A stretch of DNA of 43,676 nucleotides, from assembly GCA_012518975.1 (NCBI GenBank), contig JAAYRC010000034.1, positions 1 to 43,676 of the forward strand. The letters run 5' to 3'. The DNA comes from Clostridiales bacterium (GTDB lineage: Bacteria > Bacillota > Clostridia > Lachnospirales > Lachnospiraceae). Below, piece by piece: positions 38,849 to 43,676 of this stretch. The notes under the pieces were generated by a model. It ran no database searches. It saw only the letters and a list, made by a program, of their open reading frames with translations, and was not told the DNA's origin. The position numbers and the translations under genes were made by a program. Position 1 is the first letter of the stretch, and the number at the start of each line of letters is the position of its first letter.

Positions 38849-39978
38849 AAGAAATCACCTCCTAGGAAGAATGTAATTAGGCGAAGTAGGAGAAAGCTAA
38901 GTCCCGATATTCCAAGGAGCCATGTAGCAATCTTTGCACGACTAATAGGGGGTCTGCCTATTATTTTCCCGGTCTGACCATTCATTACAAAGTTGTGCTC
39001 GGCCTGGTTATAGTCATAACATACTAACCATACTGGAAGTAAGGTATAATCTGCCTTTCTATTTCTTATATTAATATTCTTACTATTAATTTGAACAGAG
39101 GAATAACCAGTAATGGTGGACCTTATATAGGAGTCTATATAGGAATTGGCACGGGTCTTTACTCTAGGTAGTAATTCCTGATCAGTAAAATCATATTTTT
39201 CAGCTATGTAACCTGCCAGATAAGGCATCTCAAAGCTATTAAGACGTGCGTATGAATAGGGTTCTAATCTATCCATCATTTTATCATCCATTTTCTTTGA
39301 AGCATCACAGGGAATCCTTTTATAATTTAAATCGACCTTACGATATACATGATAGTATTTTGTTTCTGTATAAATCCAATCCCCTCTTGTATATGTGCGA
39401 ACTCTGGTACATGTAGCCTTTACCTCCCCCTTGCCATTGAGGTCGAATAACCAGAAGGGAACATATAAGCCTGTAATATCCTTGATTCGGTCAGCAACTC
39501 GAAAATCATTTGGTGTGAGAAGACCCTTCTTACACCACTTCTTAAAGGCTTCTTGTGCCTGACTTTTACTTATCATAAAGGGTATTACATAGCTAGGTGC
39601 AAGGTTTCCAGTTAGGCGGTCACTAAGAACTACTGCGGCTCCACAAAAGCTACATTTGGTTGCAGTTGTTTGCTTGTCTGTAATTATATTAGCTCCACAG
39701 TTATTGCAATTATATTCAGCTACCTCATCCTCTACGAAGGTAGAGTGGCTAGATGGCTCATCTTCATTAAATGGATCAGAATAGTCTTTGTTAAATGATT
39801 TTAAAGCAGCCTCTTTATCCTCTTTGTTCATACCATCTAGTGAATCATCTAAATTATGCTGCCGGGCCATTTGCTCTATATTATCCTCACGTCCACAGCT
39901 ATGACATTTTAGGGCTCCTGAAATTGTATCATATACCATGTTGTCTCCACAATTGGAGCACTTATACTGTGTTACCAT
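38842..39978 (-). CDS. Multi zinc-ribbon protein with C-terminal TM helix (YdjG-like)
   Basis: CSNCG, CHSCG, CNNCG and CSFCG; YVPFWLFD, LLPVW and MNGQTGK. 7-nt overlap with the next gene. Confidence 0.85.
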   Translation of the reverse strand: MVTQYKCSNCGDNMVYDTISGALKCHSCGREDNIEQMARQHNLDDSLDGMNKEDKEAALKSFNKDYSDPFNEDEPSSHSTFVEDEVAEYNCNNCGANIITDKQTTATKCSFCGAAVVLSDRLTGNLAPSYVIPFMISKSQAQEAFKKWCKKGLLTPNDFRVADRIKDITGLYVPFWLFDLNGKGEVKATCTRVRTYTRGDWIYTETKYYHVYRKVDLNYKRIPCDASKKMDDKMMDRLEPYSYARLNSFEMPYLAGYIAEKYDFTDQELLPRVKTRANSYIDSYIRSTITGYSSVQINSKNINIRNRKADYTLLPVWLVCYDYNQAEHNFVMNGQTGKIIGRPPISRAKIATWLLGISGLSFLLLRLITFFLGGDFLW

Positions 39979-40013
39979 AGTCTCTTTCCCACCTTATAAT
40001 AGAATTATTTGTA

Positions 40014-40046
40014 TTATCTAATAGGATAATTCGTCCTATTAGATAA
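40014..40046. repeat. TAATAGGA/TCCTATTA-type palindrome, copy D
   Basis: Perfect 13-bp arms TTATCTAATAGGA / TCCTATTAGATAA. Only the 8-bp core is shared with copies A-C. Confidence 0.5.
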
Positions 40047-40060
40047 AAAATCTAATAAGA

Positions 40061-40109
40061 TAAATGTCCGCAAACAGGGAAGCTAAACTTCTATTTGGCG
40101 GACATTTAA
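40061..40109 (-). terminator. Stem-loop directly after pspA
   Basis: TAAATGTCCGC / GCGGACATTTA arms with an extended inner stem. Confidence 0.65.
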
Positions 40110-40114
40110 TTAGA

Positions 40115-40789
40115 CTATTTATTTAAACTAGCTTTTAATGCTGCCAGCTCATCATCCACTGATGCATCTGTAGTGTATTTCTTGGTTAGGTCTTTAATAG
40201 TATTATCTGTGGATGAGCGGTTAAGCTCAGCCATAGCATTTGCTTTGTCAAGAGCCTTATCTGCCATATCTTCATATTTTTCAAAGCTTGAAATTGAATT
40301 ATTGGCACTGGCAACTGAGGAACCAATCTTATTGAGGCGTTCTTGGGTTTTTGCGACTGCAAGTTTACCCTTAATCATATCCTTTCTTGATTCAAGTTCT
40401 CCGATATCTGATACAAGCTTATCGTGCATTTCTCTCATATGAGTAGCATTTGTATGGGCAAGGTCATACGCTTCTTGAAGTCCTGCCTGCTTAGAAGTTA
40501 ATGAAGCTTTTTGCTCTAAGAACTTACGAGCATCATTTTCGTTATTAGCCTCTAATGCTTTTACTGCAAAGGTCTGCATTTTCTCAATTTCTGCAAGGCA
40601 TTCATCTAATGCTCTCTTAGCTCTCTGTTCCTCAGCCATAATTGCTGCGGTTTCTGATTTAACCTTGCCAAGGTCAGAGTTTAGATTCCTTAGGCACTGA
40701 TCTATCATTTTCTCAGGATTCTCAGCCTTATCTAATAGTGCGTTGATGTTACTGGACATAATGTCTTTAAATCTTGTTAAAATTCCCAT
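40115..40789 (-). CDS. pspA: PspA/IM30 family protein
   Basis: MGILTRFKDIMSSNINALLDKAENPEKMIDQ, coiled coil, terminal VDDELAALKA. ATG at 40789 follows AAGGAGG. Confidence 0.95.
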   Translation of the reverse strand: MGILTRFKDIMSSNINALLDKAENPEKMIDQCLRNLNSDLGKVKSETAAIMAEEQRAKRALDECLAEIEKMQTFAVKALEANNENDARKFLEQKASLTSKQAGLQEAYDLAHTNATHMREMHDKLVSDIGELESRKDMIKGKLAVAKTQERLNKIGSSVASANNSISSFEKYEDMADKALDKANAMAELNRSSTDNTIKDLTKKYTTDASVDDELAALKASLNK

Positions 40790-40883
40790 AATATAATCCC
40801 TCCTTATGTACTGTTCATTTTCTGGGTTAATCATTCTTAATTAATATCAATTTGATGTTAATTGTTAACCACCTACATTAATT

Positions 40884-40912
40884 AGTTTATTATGTATTAA
40901 TAAGAAAATCAA
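40884..40912 (-). promoter_or_regulatory. Candidate sigma-A promoter of the pspA operon
   Basis: On the minus strand: TTGATT, 17 nt, TAAACT. Confidence 0.45.
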
Positions 40913-41228
40913 GTTAAAAAAAGGTTAGAATAATAAGAGTAAATTTAAGGATTAATTAAAAGAGCAAATGATACTATTTTTTGCAAGAACATTCTAACTA
41001 AAAGACAAAAACTGGTTTATAAAGATTCTTAACTTAATAGTTATAAAGCTTGCTGATATTGTAAGTAAAAATTCTTTTATATGCAAAGCTTCTTTTTTAA
41101 GAATTAATGGCTAACAGACTACAAATTATTATTTTAGGATAATATAATTAAGTATATATTATAAAGGAAGACAATATTATTTTGATTTCTAGGTCATTTG
41201 ATGGCATGTTTAGCATATAATACTGCAA

Positions 41229-41247
41229 GATAATGATAATTATTTTC
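41229..41247. promoter_or_regulatory. Fur box upstream of feoAB
   Basis: GATAATGATAATTATTTTC matches the classical GATAATGATAATCATTATC at 17/19 positions. Confidence 0.75.
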
Positions 41248-41266
41248 AAAAACTATCGTTATTTTA

Positions 41267-41322
41267 TTGACATAGAAGTCACTATGTGCTATTTATATAT
41301 ATAAGTGTTAGAGACAACTAAC
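41267..41322 (+). promoter_or_regulatory. feoAB promoter with a downstream DtxR/MntR-type palindrome
   Basis: TTGACA (41267), 17 nt, TATTTA preceded by TG. GTTAG-AGACAA-CTAAC lies at 41307-41322. Confidence 0.55.
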
Positions 41323-41372
41323 TTTTATGGATTTAATATATTAATAATTTTGTAAATAAGGAGAGAAGCAAA

Positions 41373-41612
41373 TTGAAGAAAAAACACAAGACTGAAAGGT
41401 CTAATAGTATATATTATGCCTCTGATAATCTTTCTTATATTATTACCAATACCCCAGAGCTTGGTATTCTAAAAAGTCTGGGTATAGTAAAGGATGCATG
41501 TGTAAAGAAAATGATGACCCATCACTTTGGAGGGCCAGTATTAATTAAGGTAGAATCCAGTGAAATAGCAATTGGTAAAGATATTGCAGAAAAGATTATG
41601 GTGAGGGGGTAA
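41373..41612 (+). CDS. feoA: FeoA family protein
   Basis: LKSLGI..GGPVLIKV..IAIG..IAEKIMV signature, TTG start with AAGGAG, directly before feoB. Confidence 0.8.
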   Translation: MKKKHKTERSNSIYYASDNLSYIITNTPELGILKSLGIVKDACVKKMMTHHFGGPVLIKVESSEIAIGKDIAEKIMVRG

Positions 41613-41617
41613 GTGAT

Positions 41618-43408
41618 TTGTCCGGTTGTCATGAGGTTAATTATGATACAAAGGTGTTTGATAAGCCAAATAAAATTCTTTTAATGGGTAATCCCAATGT
41701 GGGAAAAAGTGTTTTTTTCTCAAACATGACAGGTATTAGTGTAGTTAGTTCTAATTTTGCTGGTACAACAGTTAGCTATACTGAGGGAAAGCTTAAATTG
41801 GCTGATGAAACCTATAATTTAATAGATGTACCTGGTACATATTCTATGGAAGCTACCTCTGAAGCTGAGGAAGTTGCAGTACAATTTATGAATAGCAAAC
41901 CTGTTGCAATACTATGTGTACTGGATGCAACTAATTTGGAAAGAAATATAAAGCTTGGTTTAGAGCTTCAAAATTATAATGTCCCAATTGTATATGCCTT
42001 GAACATGGTTGATGTTGCTAAGAGGCACGGTGTAGACGTTAATGTGAATTTATTATCAAAAGAATTGGGAGCACCAGTCATAGCTACAGTAGCTGTAAAG
42101 GGTGAAGGGTTTGATAGGCTGAAGGAAGAATTATATAAGCTTATTAAAGGCGGACATGGGGCCTGTAACAAGTGTGCCTCCTGCCCTGCTTCTAACAGGA
42201 GAGAAGGGGACTCATGGGATAGGGCTAGAGAGATAGCTAAGAGGGTTAGGAAGAATGTAGATGGTAAGCTAAGCTTTATAGATAGACTAGGAAATAATAT
42301 GCTAAAGCCCTGGCCAGGGATTCCAATAGCTTTGTTTATAATCATGATATCCTTGGCGGCTGTTGTTGGCGGTGGAGAGGTCCTGAGGGAAGGCTTACTC
42401 CTACCATTGGTGAACAATATACTAGTTCCTTTTTTTAAGTCGATTTTACAATCTTTTATACCGGAGGGCATCTTGTTAAATGTCCTAATCGGTGAGTATG
42501 GGATATTTGTTATTGGTTTTGAATGGATTATTGCCTTAATCCTACCATATGTATTTTTGTTTTACATAGTATTTTCCTTTTTAGAGGATTCTGGTATATT
42601 ACCTCGACTAAGTGTCCTATTTGATAATATAATGCGTAAGATGGGTATTCAGGGTGGTAGTATAATTACTATTCTTATGGGATATGGTTGTGCGGTACCA
42701 GCTATAATAGGTTCAAGAGTAGCAACCACAAAAAAAGAACGGTTGATTGTATCTACAGTTGTATGTTTTGCTGTACCATGCATTTCCCAGACCGGAGCTT
42801 TGATTAGTTTATTTGCAGGTTTTTCACCTATATTATTAGTATTAATGATTCTTCTTTCATTAGCAGTTATGGCTATTGTATCTTCTGTTTTAAGTCGTAG
42901 GTTGAAGGGAACAATAGACCCTATGGTTATTGAGATTCCGAATTTATTGCTACCTAATGGCAAGGCCTATGGGAAGAAGCTAATGATTAGAATGAAGCAT
43001 TTTCTGGTTGAAGCTGAGGTGCCAATGCTTATTTCAATTATTATTGCAGCCTTGTTAAAGGAAACAGGACTCTTAGATTCTATAGCTGTATATTTGGAGC
43101 CAATAGTTAGTGGTTGGCTTGGGCTACCTAAGGAAGCGGTTATTGCTTTAATTCTAGGGGTAGTCCGTCGTGAGATGGCAGTAGCACCCTTATTAGCTAT
43201 AGAAGGTTTGACAGCACTACAAGCATTTGTAGGGGGGACCGTGGCTCTTTTGTACTTACCATGCTTATCAGTGTTTGGTATTTTATCGAAGGAGTTCAAT
43301 GCAAAGGTGGCAGTAACCATTGGTGTATCTACATTTATAAGTGCCTTTCTTGTTGCGGGATTGATCAATCAAATGGCACACTTATTTATGAGTTTAGGAA
43401 TCGCTTAA
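41618..43408 (+). CDS. feoB: Ferrous iron transporter B (short form)
   Basis: G1 GNPNVGKS, G2 NFAGTTV, G3 DVPG and G4 NMVD; membrane motifs LEDSG.LPR, GYGCAVPA, VPC, RRE and LYLPC. Confidence 0.93.
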   Translation: MSGCHEVNYDTKVFDKPNKILLMGNPNVGKSVFFSNMTGISVVSSNFAGTTVSYTEGKLKLADETYNLIDVPGTYSMEATSEAEEVAVQFMNSKPVAILCVLDATNLERNIKLGLELQNYNVPIVYALNMVDVAKRHGVDVNVNLLSKELGAPVIATVAVKGEGFDRLKEELYKLIKGGHGACNKCASCPASNRREGDSWDRAREIAKRVRKNVDGKLSFIDRLGNNMLKPWPGIPIALFIIMISLAAVVGGGEVLREGLLLPLVNNILVPFFKSILQSFIPEGILLNVLIGEYGIFVIGFEWIIALILPYVFLFYIVFSFLEDSGILPRLSVLFDNIMRKMGIQGGSIITILMGYGCAVPAIIGSRVATTKKERLIVSTVVCFAVPCISQTGALISLFAGFSPILLVLMILLSLAVMAIVSSVLSRRLKGTIDPMVIEIPNLLLPNGKAYGKKLMIRMKHFLVEAEVPMLISIIIAALLKETGLLDSIAVYLEPIVSGWLGLPKEAVIALILGVVRREMAVAPLLAIEGLTALQAFVGGTVALLYLPCLSVFGILSKEFNAKVAVTIGVSTFISAFLVAGLINQMAHLFMSLGIA

Positions 43409-43409
43409 G

Positions 43410-43676
43410 TTAGGAATTGATAGATTTAATATTGTTTAGATATTCTTGCATAGCATTGATGGTATCATTGCTGATTACATGCTCTATACTACAAGCATCC
43501 TTATCAGCAATATCTTCATTAACTTTTAGTATTTTAGTAAAGAAATCTAATAAGGTGTTATGTTTTTTAGAGGTCATTTTAGCCTGCTTTAGACCAGCAG
43601 AGGTTAATAGGACCTCTTTGTATTTTTCGTTGATAACAAGTCCCTTATTAGCCAGTGTTGCCATGGCATTGTTGAC
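43410..43676 (-). CDS. DtxR/MntR-family metal-dependent regulator, 3' part (gene starts beyond the window)
   Basis: The frame is open to the window edge and reads VNNAMATLANKG..EKY..V.LT..G...A....KH..L..FF..IL.V...A.KDACSIEHVIS. Confidence 0.9.
   Translation of the reverse strand, partial: VNNAMATLANKGLVINEKYKEVLLTSAGLKQAKMTSKKHNTLLDFFTKILKVNEDIADKDACSIEHVISNDTINAMQEYLNNIKSINS

Noticed and set aside
40914-40960. TTAAG-like repeats upstream of the pspA promoter as response-regulator sites
   Set aside because: Spacing is irregular (11, 8, 12, 11) and the matches are weak in very AT-rich DNA.
40961-41228. AT-rich intergenic stretch as a possible sRNA or CRISPR remnant
   Set aside because: No regular repeats, strong hairpin or credible ORF were found by eye.
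677-43368. Numerous 60-165 aa ORFs antisense to or nested in long genes (for example 26035..26421, 33060..33515, 41974..42471)
   Set aside because: They are shadows of well-supported genes, with no RBS or recognisable motifs.

Overview
This is a low-GC (roughly mid-30% by eye) chromosomal window from a spore-forming clostridial anaerobe; the ribosomal protein sequences look Lachnospiraceae-like (inference). In order it contains: the 3' end of spoIIID; an orphan zinc-ribbon membrane protein followed by a decayed second copy of the spoIIID 3' end; a plant-oligosaccharide locus (MATE and GH51 arabinofuranosidase divergent from an ABC importer, three cytoplasmic esterases and a GH4 alpha-galactosidase); a complete rnfCDGEAB operon; an AraC regulator divergent from a secreted S8 protease; rpmG-secE-nusG-rplKA-rplJL-rpoBC with L1 and L10 leaders; a phosphoglucomutase-family gene; a pspA-ydjGHI-like envelope-stress operon; and feoAB with Fur and DtxR-type boxes, convergent with a partial DtxR/MntR regulator. 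I saw no rRNA, tRNA, CRISPR array, transposase or integrase. The most notable observations are a 113-aa Tyr-repeat, K/R-free tail on RNA polymerase beta-prime, the att-like spoIIID duplication bracketing a one-gene cassette, a GH51 gene with no canonical start codon, a triple-esterase catabolic module, and a recurring palindrome placed directly behind terminators. All alignments and counts were done by hand.
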